64,000 nt of DNA, taken from contig OZ251539.1 in the NCBI GenBank assembly GCA_965243135.1, forward strand, positions 320,001 to 384,000, read 5' to 3'. The DNA is from Alphaproteobacteria bacterium (GTDB lineage: Bacteria > Pseudomonadota > Alphaproteobacteria > MPNO01 > UBA830). A program made the translations under genes and the position numbers. The first letter of the stretch is position 1; every line of letters begins with the position of its first letter. Under the pieces are notes generated by a model. The model ran no database searches. It was not told where the DNA came from and saw only the letters and a program-made list of their open reading frames with translations. Of this stretch, positions 41,759 to 52,267 are shown in pieces.

Positions 41759-42253
41759 ATGACAGTTGCAGAATTTTTGAAGCTTCACGTCCAAATTGGC
41801 GAGGAACTGCGCTCCCGAGGCGTCGTGCGCAGCGCCAACACTCCTACGGACGACCTTGCGGAATATCTGTTCTGCAACGCTTACGGCGGGAAACGGGCTC
41901 CGAAACGGGGGTACGATGCCGAGGCGGATGACGGCACCCGGTACCAGATCATGGGACGGCGCATTCATCGACGCAACCAGTCTCGCCAGTTGTCGGCCAT
42001 CCGGAATCTGGCGGACGGCCATTTCCAGGTGTTGGCAGCGGTTCTGTTCGATGATTACTTCACAGTGAAACGCGCCGCTCTTGTTCCCCGACCGATCATC
42101 GAGAAGGAGGCCACCTATTACACGAACAGCCACCGCTTCATGCTCCACGATGGCGTGTGGAGTATCAGCGAGGTGACCGATGCGACGCAGCGGATAAAGG
42201 AGGCCGAGCGAACCATGAACAAGCGTGGTTTCGCGCCGGACAACGGCGGGTGA
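41759..42253 (+). CDS. Small restriction-endonuclease-fold protein (DUF6998-like)
   Basis: ELRSRGVVRSANTPT.DLAEY, GYDA...G.RYQI.GRR and RQLSAIRNL. Confidence 0.6.
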   Translation: MTVAEFLKLHVQIGEELRSRGVVRSANTPTDDLAEYLFCNAYGGKRAPKRGYDAEADDGTRYQIMGRRIHRRNQSRQLSAIRNLADGHFQVLAAVLFDDYFTVKRAALVPRPIIEKEATYYTNSHRFMLHDGVWSISEVTDATQRIKEAERTMNKRGFAPDNGG

Positions 42254-42657
42254 CCGTCGGGCCGATGCTTGAACGGTCGGCGCGGCGATTGAACTGCCGA
42301 CAATAATCGTCGGCGGCGCTGTTTCTGCCCATTTTTGATCGCGCCCGAGGAGACGGGCGGCGGACGGACGGACCGTTCCTTCGATGAGCGCTGCCGAGGA
42401 TGCCCGGACTTTCATGCGCCTCCTCGGCAATCCGTTGCTTGCAGGAATTTTCCGATATCGTCCGGGGATGCGAAATTCCGGTCGGCGCAGCGAAACCCGC
42501 TTCCAAGGGCGAACGCATTCGAGGAAGCAGCGGTCCAAGCCGTGGCGATGGTGGCGAGCGGCCGGAAAAATGATCGTTGGCGGGGCGGTTTCGGCCAACG
42601 GTGATGCGGACTCTTCACGAGACGATCCGGTATGATCGCGCACGGGAGAAACGGCGG

Positions 42658-43569
42658 ATGAAGATTTTCCTTGTTCTTGCGCTCGTTTTGGCGGCGTCGG
42701 GCGGTTCGGCGACAGTCCGGACGTTCGAAGAGTCTCGGACCGCCCATGAGTGCGGCGATTACGTGACGGCTATACGAACGGTTCGTCCGCTCGCCGAACA
42801 GGGACACGCCGGAGCTCAGTACACCCTCGGGACCATGTACCTTGAGGGCGCGGGTGTTGCACAGAACGATACCGGGGCGGCGAGGTGGCTCCGCCGCGCT
42901 GCCGAACAGGGACACGTCGGAGCTCAGATCCGCCTCATTATGTTCAACATTGGCAATGACGTTGCGGAGAATGACGCCGAGGCCGAGAAGCGGCATCGTC
43001 GCGACGCTGAGCAGGGATTCGCCCTCTCTCAGTTCGCGCTCGGAGTTATGTACTATACTGGCGAGGGCGTTGCGAAGGACGCCACCGAGGCGGCGAAACG
43101 GTACCGCTGCGCCGCCGAACAGGGACACGTCCGAGCTCGGTTTAATCTCGGGATCATGTACCGCCGAGGCGAGGGAGTTGCGAGGGACGACGCCGAGGCG
43201 ATGAAGTGGTTCCACCGCGCCGCCGAACAGGGGGATGCCGACGCTCAGTATAACCTCGGGATCATGTACGGCGTCGGCGAGGGCGTTGCGAAGGACGACG
43301 CCGAGGCGGCGAGGTGGTATCGCCGCGCCGCCGAACGGGGAAACGCCGACGCTCAGTACAACCTCGGGCGCATGTACTACACCGGCGAGGGTGTTCCCCA
43401 GTACTTCCTCCAAGCGCATGCGTGGGCCAATCTAGCGGCTTCCCGGCTGACCGGCGCGAAACGCGAGAAGGCTGTCGAGTTGCGCGACAAAGTTGCGGAA
43501 CTGCTGTCGAAATCGGAACTCGCGCGCGCGCAACGCATGGCGGAAGAGTGGCGGGCCGAGAACGAGTGA
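42658..43569 (+). CDS. Secreted Sel1-repeat protein B (6 repeats)
   Basis: Same signal peptide and C-terminal cap as Sel1-A. Confidence 0.92.
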   Translation: MKIFLVLALVLAASGGSATVRTFEESRTAHECGDYVTAIRTVRPLAEQGHAGAQYTLGTMYLEGAGVAQNDTGAARWLRRAAEQGHVGAQIRLIMFNIGNDVAENDAEAEKRHRRDAEQGFALSQFALGVMYYTGEGVAKDATEAAKRYRCAAEQGHVRARFNLGIMYRRGEGVARDDAEAMKWFHRAAEQGDADAQYNLGIMYGVGEGVAKDDAEAARWYRRAAERGNADAQYNLGRMYYTGEGVPQYFLQAHAWANLAASRLTGAKREKAVELRDKVAELLSKSELARAQRMAEEWRAENE

Positions 43570-43759
43570 CGGTCGCCGCGGCGCGGACAGAAGTCCGCAC
43601 GGAACGAACGGGTTCGCCGGTTTCCCGAAACCCTGCAGACGCCGCGGCCGGAGCGCACGGGCTCCGGCACCCGGCTGCGAACCTTCTTTCTGTCGACGGA
43701 AGAGCGTCGTAGTTTCCCTCGTCCCGTTCGCGCCGCGGGATCGGAAAGAAGGAGCCGAC

Positions 43760-44305
43760 GGCGCGATCCTTGACCGATCCCGGCGACTTGATCCGGTGGA
43801 GCGAAGAGATTCGCGCCGTGCCATCGGTCGCTGGCCAGCGCGCGGTCGAGGATTCGTGGTCGACGCCAGCGGCAACGGGGAGGATGCGGTCTGCCTTCTG
43901 ATCAGGAATTCAGAGGGGATGAACGCCCTCGGCAGGGGCGGGCGCATCTGCAGGATCGGCGACGACCTGTTCCGGGCAGGCTGCGAGCAGAGCGCCGGAA
44001 AGGAAGGGACGGAGCGGCGGGCCGGCCTCGACGAGAAGAACGCCGAACGGGTGGAGGCGGCGCAGCGGGCGCCCGGCCGAAGCTGCGGTATTTCGGCGTA
44101 GGCGCGGGAGAGACGAAGTTCGAAGTCGATGCGAAAGTGCAGATTTTCGAGGGCGGCGAGTGGGACGATCATGGCGAGGTGGTCGAAATCCGCAGGCGAG
44201 ACGCCATCGTCCGATGGCGCGCCAGTGGCCTCGTTGCGACGATGCACTGAGCTGAGTTGATCGACTTGATGGTCGCAGAATCGAGATGGGATCTCCAGCA
44301 CCTAC
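43760..44305 (+). pseudogene. ardC 3' remnant plus decayed copy of the downstream small ORF
   Basis: Matches 53310-53871 (DAVCLLIRNSEG...GDDLFRAGCEQSAGKEGTER...GISA*; GGEWDDHGEVVEIR). Confidence 0.8.
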
Positions 44306-44494
44306 GGGAGAATCCCGCGTAGGGCCGACGGTCCTGTTGGTCGGGCATCCCGCCATGTACGGCCGTTTTTGCGCGGACGTTCGTGCAATTCATCGCTTTT
44401 CAAGTCCGACTTGGCGTCGAGCTTGATGTCCACGCGACTGTCGAAGCAAATCGGGGTCGCTTCGGAGGCCGGCGGGCGAGCAGGCATTTTTCCC

Positions 44495-45409
44495 TCAAGG
44501 TGCGTTACCAAGGGTCGGGCGAGTCTCGTCGAGCAACCGGCATATGTCGTCAAGCAACCGTCGGCATATTTCGCACCTCGGTGACTCCCTCTTCTTCGCT
44601 ATATCCGCGGGCGTGTCGCCGGCCAGATTCCGCACGCCGGGATCGGCGGCGGTCAGCAACGCTTCGACTACGGCCGGGCTTAGCCCTTCTGCGGCCGCGA
44701 AGTGGAGCGGGGTCTCGCCGTCCTTGTTTCGTGCGTCAGGATTGCCACCGGACGCCAGGAGGGCTTTGGTCACCTCATCGGAACCTTCTCCGAAATAGCG
44801 GGTGGCTGCCGCCATATGAAGCGGAGTTTCGTCGTCTTCGTCTCGCGCATTCGGATCCGCGCCGCCAGCCAGGAGGGCGTAGAGCATCGTCGGAAAATTT
44901 GCGGCTGCCATATGTATCGCTGTCCAGCCGGCTGCCGTTCGCATACTCGCATCCGCGCCCGAGGCCAGAAGCGCCGAGACAATCGCGGTATCCTCCTGGT
45001 ATTCGACCGCGAGATAGAGCGGGGTACGCTCGTTATTCGGAATGTCGAGTGTAACGTCGGGATCCGCTCCGGCAGCCAGAAGCGCCGAGACGACCTCCGG
45101 CCTCCCGTTGTGCTCCGCGGCCAGATGAAGAGGAGTGTAGCTTTCCTCCATGCGTGCGGTCAGATCCGCGCCAGCGCGCAATAACGCCTCGACGGGCGCG
45201 GCATTTTCGCCGAATGCAGCCGCCCAATGAAGCGGGGTCCAGCCCTCGTTGTCGCGTGCCTCCACGTTTGCGCCGGCCGTCAGGAGGGCTTCGAGCACAG
45301 CCGGATCGCGGGTGTGGGCAGCTGCCCAATGCAGTGGCGCGACGCCCCAGTCATCCGGCCTGCTGGCGTCCGCTCCAGCTACAAGTCGGGTGATCACGTC
45401 GTCATCCAT
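44495..45409 (-). CDS. Ankyrin-repeat protein
   Basis: Repeated TPLH.AA...ALL.AGADP/ANV.AR units. Confidence 0.9.
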   Translation of the reverse strand: MDDDVITRLVAGADASRPDDWGVAPLHWAAAHTRDPAVLEALLTAGANVEARDNEGWTPLHWAAAFGENAAPVEALLRAGADLTARMEESYTPLHLAAEHNGRPEVVSALLAAGADPDVTLDIPNNERTPLYLAVEYQEDTAIVSALLASGADASMRTAAGWTAIHMAAANFPTMLYALLAGGADPNARDEDDETPLHMAAATRYFGEGSDEVTKALLASGGNPDARNKDGETPLHFAAAEGLSPAVVEALLTAADPGVRNLAGDTPADIAKKRESPRCEICRRLLDDICRLLDETRPTLGNAP

Positions 45410-45942
45410 TGCTCGCTCTCGCTTCAGCGGTGAACTCCATGCGGCCCGTGCGAATGGAGTGGCTTGGTTCGCTCTTTATCGTGGAAATACCGGAAGGTCA
45501 CGCCGCTCACTGTATAGCGGAGAGCCCGAGCCGGACAAGCGGTCGGACCGACGGGGAACGGTGCTGCCTGCGCAGTGCATTGCGGTGCAACGCCGCGACT
45601 TCCTGCGCAGGTGTTCGGCCGGCGTTCGGGCTGGTGCCAAACTGGATATCGCCGCTCCGTACAGCCGAGCCGCGGCATGGGGCTGGCGTTTCAACTGTCA
45701 AGACGAGGCGTCGCGGACATCGGCGGAGAAGCGCGGTTCGGGCGTGTCGACCACGCCTTGGGCGCGTATCGTCATTGCTATCGGCGGGGAGTTGTTCGGC
45801 TGGATTCGCGAGCTTCGAAGTGCCCGAGGATGATAGCGGGCCAGCGCTCCTGAACGAATCGCCTGCGGGTTCGACGTCGGGCGGCGCCCGTCTTCCAGGC
45901 GCGACCCGGGGTTTGGACTCTCTTGATCAGCGGCCGTGTCGG

Positions 45943-46978
45943 CTACGAGCGGAAGTTTCCTGCGGCAGGGCAGCAAGAGACCGGATCGCCGGAATTGCCG
46001 CGGCGCAGCTGGATCAGGTCCTGTCCGCCCGCTGCATGCGGGAGCCTCGCTGCCGCTGCGTTGCCCGCCCTGCTCCCGGCAATGGTGGAAAGCGTCAACG
46101 CCGACGGATCGTCGTCGTCGCGACGTTCACGTTCGCCAGCCCGTCGTCCGTGCCGCCGCTCGACGTCACCGTTTGCGTCGCGTTCCAGTTCATTGTCCAG
46201 AAGGTCGGCGACAACGGTGTCAGGTCTTAGCAAAGTCCTTCGGGCGGGAAGGCACGCTTTTGTTTGTGGAGACCGCACCAAGTGTTTGAGAAATTGGTTG
46301 CGTCCGAGACGTTTTTTCGAGTTTCCAATATTACCGAGTACGAATTTGTCCAGGTCGACTTGCGGGTCGACCCTGTCGCGAAGCGCGCACTGCATTTCGC
46401 GCTGAGACAATCAAATTGCGTTTGATGGCCTTAACCTCCTTCAGCGCAATCGGCGCACCGTTCATGTACGCCGGGCCGACATTCGCGACGTAGGTATCGA
46501 TTTCGCCGATTTGTTGCTCGGTATCGAGGATTTGTTGCTCGGTATCGAGCCGGAGGTCGATTTCGCGGTAGCGCTCGAAGCGGTAGGCAGGTTTTTCAAC
46601 GCCTTCGCTCTTGTGCATGCATTGCAGTTGCTTCTTGGTAAGGTACAACACGGCGACGCGCACTATCGCGCCCGTTTGACGGACGAGCGTTGCCGCGCCG
46701 TAGCTTGCGATTCTGGCTGCGTAGACGACGTCAAAGTCGTGCAATGTCGCGGCGACCGCCGCGATAGCGGGTTCATGTTTGAATTTGCAAGCCAATTGCT
46801 TGGGTGCACGATTCGAACCGATGGCGAGAATGCGCTTGCGGTCGGGAGCATCGATGATTTCGGCGATTCGGTCGGGGTCTTCGCTCGGTTTGCCGTTCTC
46901 GAATAGAAAACTCTCGTTCGGCGCTTCGTAGGAATAGTCGAGCGCACGCTCGATCTGCTTCCGTTGTTCGTCGTTCAT
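45943..46978 (-). pseudogene. Gamma-glutamylcyclotransferase-like gene, copy 1 (frameshift near 46410)
   Basis: ILAIGSN, DVVYAARI..YG and QL..MH.SEG....Y; duplicated at 48210-50546. Confidence 0.55.
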
Positions 46979-47443
46979 TGTCGAATTCCCGGCTCAGGAC
47001 CACCCGAACTGCGGCCGATGCGCCGGAAGGCTACGGCCTGCCCGCTGCGGGTTCAAGCATCCGGGCGGGCGAGTCTCCGCAACTGCCCGCTACCCGCCAG
47101 CCCGACAACTCCGGAATTCCGTCGCTCGCACCGCCATGACTCGGCCGGCCGATGAACGGCGTTCGAACCTGCTTGAAAGGCACGCTCCGTGCGGGCCTCA
47201 ACGGGGAGCCGTCGGTTCCGCGGACCGGGAGATTCGCGATGCCGTCCGGCGCTTGGCAGCGTGTCGCAGGTGCCGTCGCAGCGTTTCCCGTTGTTGGAGG
47301 CTCGTAAAGCTTTCGAGGCGGCCCACGGCGCCGAAGGTTCCCGTTCCGTCGCGAAGCCGCGCCTTTCGCGGCGGCCGGGAGCGGGTCGCCCGTCCGGGGG
47401 GAGGCGGCCGCCCGGCGCGCGTTGCCGGCCCGCCGCCGGGGTT

Positions 47444-48061
47444 TCAGAAGCGCATCGCGAAGTTGATCCCGCCGTCGAACTCGCCGTTGCCGCTGCCGCG
47501 GGCGGCGTATCCGGCGGAGGCGCGCAACGCGTAGCGGCCGTCCTCCCAGCTGCGCGCGCCGCCGATCCCGAGGCGGACCCCGGTCTTTCGGGCCTCGGCG
47601 GTCTTCAACGCCTCCCGCGAAATCTTCGCCGTCCGCTCCTCCGCGAACTCGCGCGTCGCCTCCACCGAGCCGGACAGCCGCAAGCCGTCCTCCATCTGCG
47701 CCTCGGCTCGCAACCCGGCGCGGCCCGCGAGGCTCCGCGCGTCTTCCACCGACACCCGGGCTCCGCCGCTGCCTATCGTGTCCGTGAAATCCAGAGACAC
47801 GTCCGACCACGCCAGCCCGACGCCGGGCGTCACGGTCAGGCCGTCGCCCATGTCCGTCCGCCGCTCGACCTCGACGCCGAGGGCCAGCCCCAGAGCTTTC
47901 GCGCCGTCCTTCAGAACCGCGTTCCGGCCGGTGGTCAGCTTGACGTCGTACCAGGTCGCCATCGCCTGCGCGTCCATGTGGAAGCCGCCGCCGAAGAACG
48001 CTGTGCCGTGCGCGCCCGCGCCGACCCCGGACAGTTCGATCTCGCCGCCGGAATCCGCCAT
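47444..48061 (-). pseudogene. Autotransporter beta-barrel C-terminal fragment
   Basis: Amphipathic beta-strands (ALGVEVERR, LTVTP.VGLAW, SLAGRAGL) ending in terminal Phe (GGINFAMRF); no passenger domain or signal peptide. Confidence 0.65.
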
Positions 48062-48469
48062 TTCCGCCGACCGGCGGCGGCTGCCATCGCCCGGGGCGTC
48101 TGGCGCAGCGCCGGGTTCGGCTTTTCGGCTGCGGGCTCGACATCGGGCGGCCCGCGTCTTCCAGGCGCGACCCTGGATCTGGACTCTCTTGATCAGCAGC
48201 CGCGCCCGCTATGAGCGGAAGTTTCCTGCGGCAGGGCAGCAGAAGACCGGGGAATCGCCGCTGCGCAGCTGAATCAGGTCCTGTCCGCCCGACGCGGGAG
48301 CGTCGAGAGCGCCGCCGCTGCGTTGCCCGGCCCGCTCTCGGCAATGTTCGAAAGCGCCAACGCCGACGGTTCGCCGTCGCCGCGACGTTCTCCAGCCCGT
48401 CGTCCCGAAGGCTGGCGACAGCGGCGTCAGGTCTCGACAAAGTCCTTCGAACGGGAAGGGGCTGACACG

Positions 48470-48800
48470 TTATTCCTTTCTTGCGGAATTTGGGAAAGCG
48501 CGATTTTGACTTTCGCGCCTTGCCGTCTCGTTTCTTGCCCCGCCACGCGGTTACGGCTTCGCCGAGATGCGTTATTGCGTGCAAGCCCACGCGCTGGCGC
48601 ACGGCGTGGGACCATGGGTTCGCGCTTCGCCGAGTTGAATCTGCGGGTGAGGTCGCAGGTTCCGCGAAACTCGCCCTTGTCCAATCCTGCCTTGAAGTCG
48701 GCGAGGGCATGGTTGTACGCGTCGCGTGCGAACCCTGCGTGTTCACGTAGCAGAGTTCCTGCTCCTTGTTGGATCCAACAGGTGCGCGCGAACGACGTTG
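48470..48800 (-). pseudogene. tnpB: TnpB (IS200/IS605) N-terminal fragment
   Basis: LREHAGFARDAYNHALA, LTRRFNSAK, AITHLGEA and RFPKFRKKG; RuvC region absent. Confidence 0.65.
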
Positions 48801-48857
48801 CGTTGACGCCTGTATCGCCTTGACGAGAGGGGTCTGCGCTGTGCGCAGCGCCTCTTG

Positions 48858-49430
48858 TCAGGCGGTGTTGGGGTTGAGAGCGTCCGGGTCGTTTTCGTCG
48901 AAATGTTCCCACTCGACGAAGTCCGGGTTCGTGGCGAGGTATTCGCGGAACTCCTTGAGCTGCGCGATATAGCCGTCGAAGTCCTGTTCCGGCCGCTTGG
49001 CGTTGAAGGTCTTGAAGTCGGGAAGCTCGAAGGTGGTCATGTTCTTGAGCTTGATGCGCCTGCGAGCGATGGTGTGGGCGAGGAAGACGGCGCCGGGGTC
49101 CATCTCCGAGATGCAGATGCAGGTCATGGTCAGGCGTTCGGCGACGGTCTCGTTAATGTGGAAGGGACGATCGAGGAGGTTGTCCTTGAATTCGCAGGGC
49201 TTGGAGACGTTGATGTCGCGAGGGAAGTTGAGATGCTTGGCGAAGAAGGCGCCGGAAGCGTCGACGACGACGATGTCTTTGTCCTCCTGTGGCCTGACGT
49301 GAAAGAACTCGTCCTTGCGAAACTCGTACGCGGGGTCGTCATGGACCTGCTGGATGGCTTCGATGACGAGATCCGCCAACTCATAGCTGGGCATGTCGAC
49401 GGCCATGTTGACGAGGGTGGGCTGGTTCAT
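48858..49430 (-). CDS. Hypothetical protein (MNQPTLVNMAVDMP...)
   Basis: GAAAGGG RBS; clean ORF with plausible composition; no recognised motif. Confidence 0.6.
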   Translation of the reverse strand: MNQPTLVNMAVDMPSYELADLVIEAIQQVHDDPAYEFRKDEFFHVRPQEDKDIVVVDASGAFFAKHLNFPRDINVSKPCEFKDNLLDRPFHINETVAERLTMTCICISEMDPGAVFLAHTIARRRIKLKNMTTFELPDFKTFNAKRPEQDFDGYIAQLKEFREYLATNPDFVEWEHFDENDPDALNPNTA

Positions 49431-49529
49431 TGCGTGCCCTTTCGGTTGCGCGCGACTTATGGCGTCCGACCGCTGGAGACAGGATCTTCGAGAGGAAGCT
49501 CGGGTTGGCTTCTGGATTGCGGCAGTCGG

Positions 49530-49879
49530 AAGGGATGAAGTTCCGGTCGGAAGTTGCGTTCGTAGTGTTTCTTGTCGTCGAGCGTGCGCTTGTCTTCGCA
49601 CGCTCTGGCGGGAGCGTTCCAGAATTTCCCCGTGGCCGTGCGCGAAAGCGACCAAACGGCTGCTTTGACCGGCGATCCGTGTTCCTCTTCGCGTATGCAG
49701 GTCGTCCCTATGCGGCGGTGAGCCGCTGCGGCGCGCTGCGGCATCGTAGAGCTTGGAACATACGTTTTTCCCGCCGAGCGTGCAGGGGCGCGCGACCTCC
49801 AGGGACTCGCCGTCGTCCCTCATGCGGGAGACGGGCCGACCGCATACGAGGACGCCTACGACTTCCGTGCCGACGATCG
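49530..49879 (-). pseudogene. XF1762-like phage-associated protein fragment
   Basis: VVGVLVCGRPVSRMRDDGESLEVARPCT..GKNVCSKLY.AAAR, then shifted REEEHGS..KAA.W; 5' end truncated. Confidence 0.55.
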
Positions 49880-51272
49880 CCTTGTCTATGGAGACTGCAC
49901 CGGGTTTTTGAGGAATTTTTTTCGCCTGTCACGGTTTTTTTGTTGTCCTCGCCAACGCTGCCGAGCACGAATTCGTCCAGGTCGACTTGCGGGTCGATCA
50001 TGTCGCGAAGCGCGCACTGCATTTCGCGCTGGGACAATTCATTCAGGTTGCGTTCGACGGCCGTAACCTCCTTCAGCGCAACCTGCGCACCGTCCAGGAA
50101 CGCCGGGCCGACATTCGCGACGTAGGTATCGAGCCGGAGGTCGATTTTGCGGTAGCGCTCGAAGCGGTAGGCAGGTGTTTCGCTGTCGTGCATGCGCTGC
50201 AACTGCCCCTCGACAACACGGCGACGCGCACTATCGCGCCCGGTTCAGGGACGAGCGTCGCCGGTATCGCGCCGTAGCTTGCGATCCTGGCTGCGTAGAC
50301 GACGTCAAAGTCATGCAATGTCGCGGCGACCGCCGCGATAGCGCACTCGTCAGATTTGTCGAATTTGCGAGCCAGTTGCCCGGGTGAACGGTTCGAGCCG
50401 ATGGCGAGAATGCGCTTGCGGTCGGGAGCATTGATGATTTCCCGGCCGGGATCTTCGCTCGGTTCGCCGTTCTCGAAGAGGAAACTCCTGTCTGGCGCTT
50501 CGTAGGGATAGTCGAGCGCAAGAGCGATCTTCTGTGCGTCGTTCACTGTCGAATTCCCGGCTCAGGGCCGCCCGAACTGCGGCCGATGCGCCAGAAGGCT
50601 ACGACCTGCCCGCCGAGGGTTCAAGCATAAGGGCGGGGGAGTCACTGCAACCGCCCGCTACGCGCCGGCCCGACAACTCCGGAATTCCGCCGCTCGCATC
50701 GCCATGACTCGGCGGGTCGGCCGACGAACGGCGTTCGAACTCGCTTGAGAGGCGTCGAACGTTCCGTGCCGCACACGGCTTTCGACAGGATCCGGCTGAA
50801 CGCGGTGACAGGAACATGCCGGTCAACGCCGCTCTGAGTGCTTTTGCGACGCATAGGGTTCTGGAACCGGCCAGCCGAGGAAACGCGAGGGCGGCGGCGG
50901 GTCGGGCCGGAGGTCGGCTGAACTGTCGGCAACATCGGCCGATGGATCCCTTGCGCCTGGAGAGCCGGTCGGCGGATGGACGGACCGTCTCCTCAATGGG
51001 TGGCGATAAGCGATGCGGAAGATCGGGGGACTTTCATGCGGCTCCGCGGAAGCCCGTTCCTTGCAGGAACTTTCGAGATCGGCGGAAAAGTCGGAAGGCT
51101 GGCTGCCCATCGAAACCCGCCACCAAGGGCGAACGCATTCGAGGAAGCAGAGGTTTGCGCCGTGGCGGCGGGCGGCCGAAAAAACGGCCGTTCGCGACGT
51201 TGTTTCGGCCGACGGCGCGGCGGGATCTCCACGAGACGATCCGATATGATCGCGCATACGGGAGAAACATGG

Positions 51273-52079
51273 ATGAAGATATTCCTTGTTCTTGCGCTCG
51301 TTCTGACGGTGTCGGCCGGTTCGGCGACGGCGCAATCGTTCGAAGAGGCTGGGGCGGCCTATGATCGCGGCGATTACGCCACGGCTTTGCGTGGTTTTCG
51401 GCATCTTGCCGACCAGGAACACGCGGAGGCTCAGTTTTTGCTCGGGAGCATGTACCGCCTTGGCGAGGGCGTTGCGGAGGACGCCGCCGAGGCGGTGAAG
51501 TGGTATCGCCGCGCCGCCGAACAGGGAGGTGCCAAGGCTCAGTACGTCCTCGGGGGCATGTACCATCGTGGCGAGGGCGTTGCGGAGAACGCTGCGGAGG
51601 CTGCGAAGTGGTATCGCCGCGCCGCCGAACAGGGAGACGCCGACGCTCAGTACGTCCTCGGGCTCATGTACGGTCTCGGCGAGGGCGTTGCGGAGGATGC
51701 CGCCGAGGAGGCGAAGTGGTATCGCCGCGCCGCCGAACAGGGACACGCCAAGGCTCAGCTCTTCCTCGGGGCCATGTACACCCGCGGCAAGGAGGTTGCG
51801 AAGGACGCCGCCGAGGCGGCGAGGTGGTATCGCCGCGCCGCTGAACAGGGAGACGCCGGAGCTCAGCACTTACTCGGGCTCATGTACTACCAAGGTAGGG
51901 GCGTTCCCCAGAATTACCTTCAAGCGCATATGTGGGCGAATCTGGCCGCTTCCCGACTAACCGGCTCGGTACGCGAGCAGGCTGCCAAATTGCGCGATGG
52001 TCTCGCGAAGTTGCTGTCGAAATCGGAACTCGGACGCGCGCAACGCATGGCGGAAGAGTGGCGGGCCAAGGCCGAGTGA
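51273..52079 (+). CDS. Secreted Sel1-repeat protein C (5 repeats)
   Basis: Same signal peptide and cap as Sel1-A and Sel1-B. Confidence 0.92.
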   Translation: MKIFLVLALVLTVSAGSATAQSFEEAGAAYDRGDYATALRGFRHLADQEHAEAQFLLGSMYRLGEGVAEDAAEAVKWYRRAAEQGGAKAQYVLGGMYHRGEGVAENAAEAAKWYRRAAEQGDADAQYVLGLMYGLGEGVAEDAAEEAKWYRRAAEQGHAKAQLFLGAMYTRGKEVAKDAAEAARWYRRAAEQGDAGAQHLLGLMYYQGRGVPQNYLQAHMWANLAASRLTGSVREQAAKLRDGLAKLLSKSELGRAQRMAEEWRAKAE

Positions 52080-52267
52080 CGGTCGCCGCGGCGCGGACAG
52101 AAGTCCGCACGGAACGAACGTATCCGCCGGTTTCGCGAAACTCCGCAGACGCCGCGGCCGCAGCGCGCGCGTCCCGGCGACCGGTTGCAAACCTTTTTTC
52201 TGTCGCCGGAAGAGCGTAGTAGTTTCCCTCGTCCCGTTCGCGCCGCGGGGCCGGAAAGAAGGAGTTG

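Larger units (their letters stand above)
48130..50760 (-). repeat. Second copy of 45860-47200 (GGCT-like gene and flanks), interrupted at 48470-49879
   Basis: 48130-48469 resembles 45860-46257 and 49880-50760 resembles 46258-47200 (MNDAQKIALALDYPYEAP vs MNDEQRKQIERALDYSYEAP). Confidence 0.85.

Noticed and set aside
48470-48800. Functional TnpB/Cas12-like RNA-guided nuclease
   Set aside because: Only a frameshifted N-terminal fragment; no RuvC domain or right-end RNA region.
33738-52079. Diversity-generating retroelement driving Sel1 variation
   Set aside because: No reverse transcriptase in the window and differences are not visibly adenine-specific.
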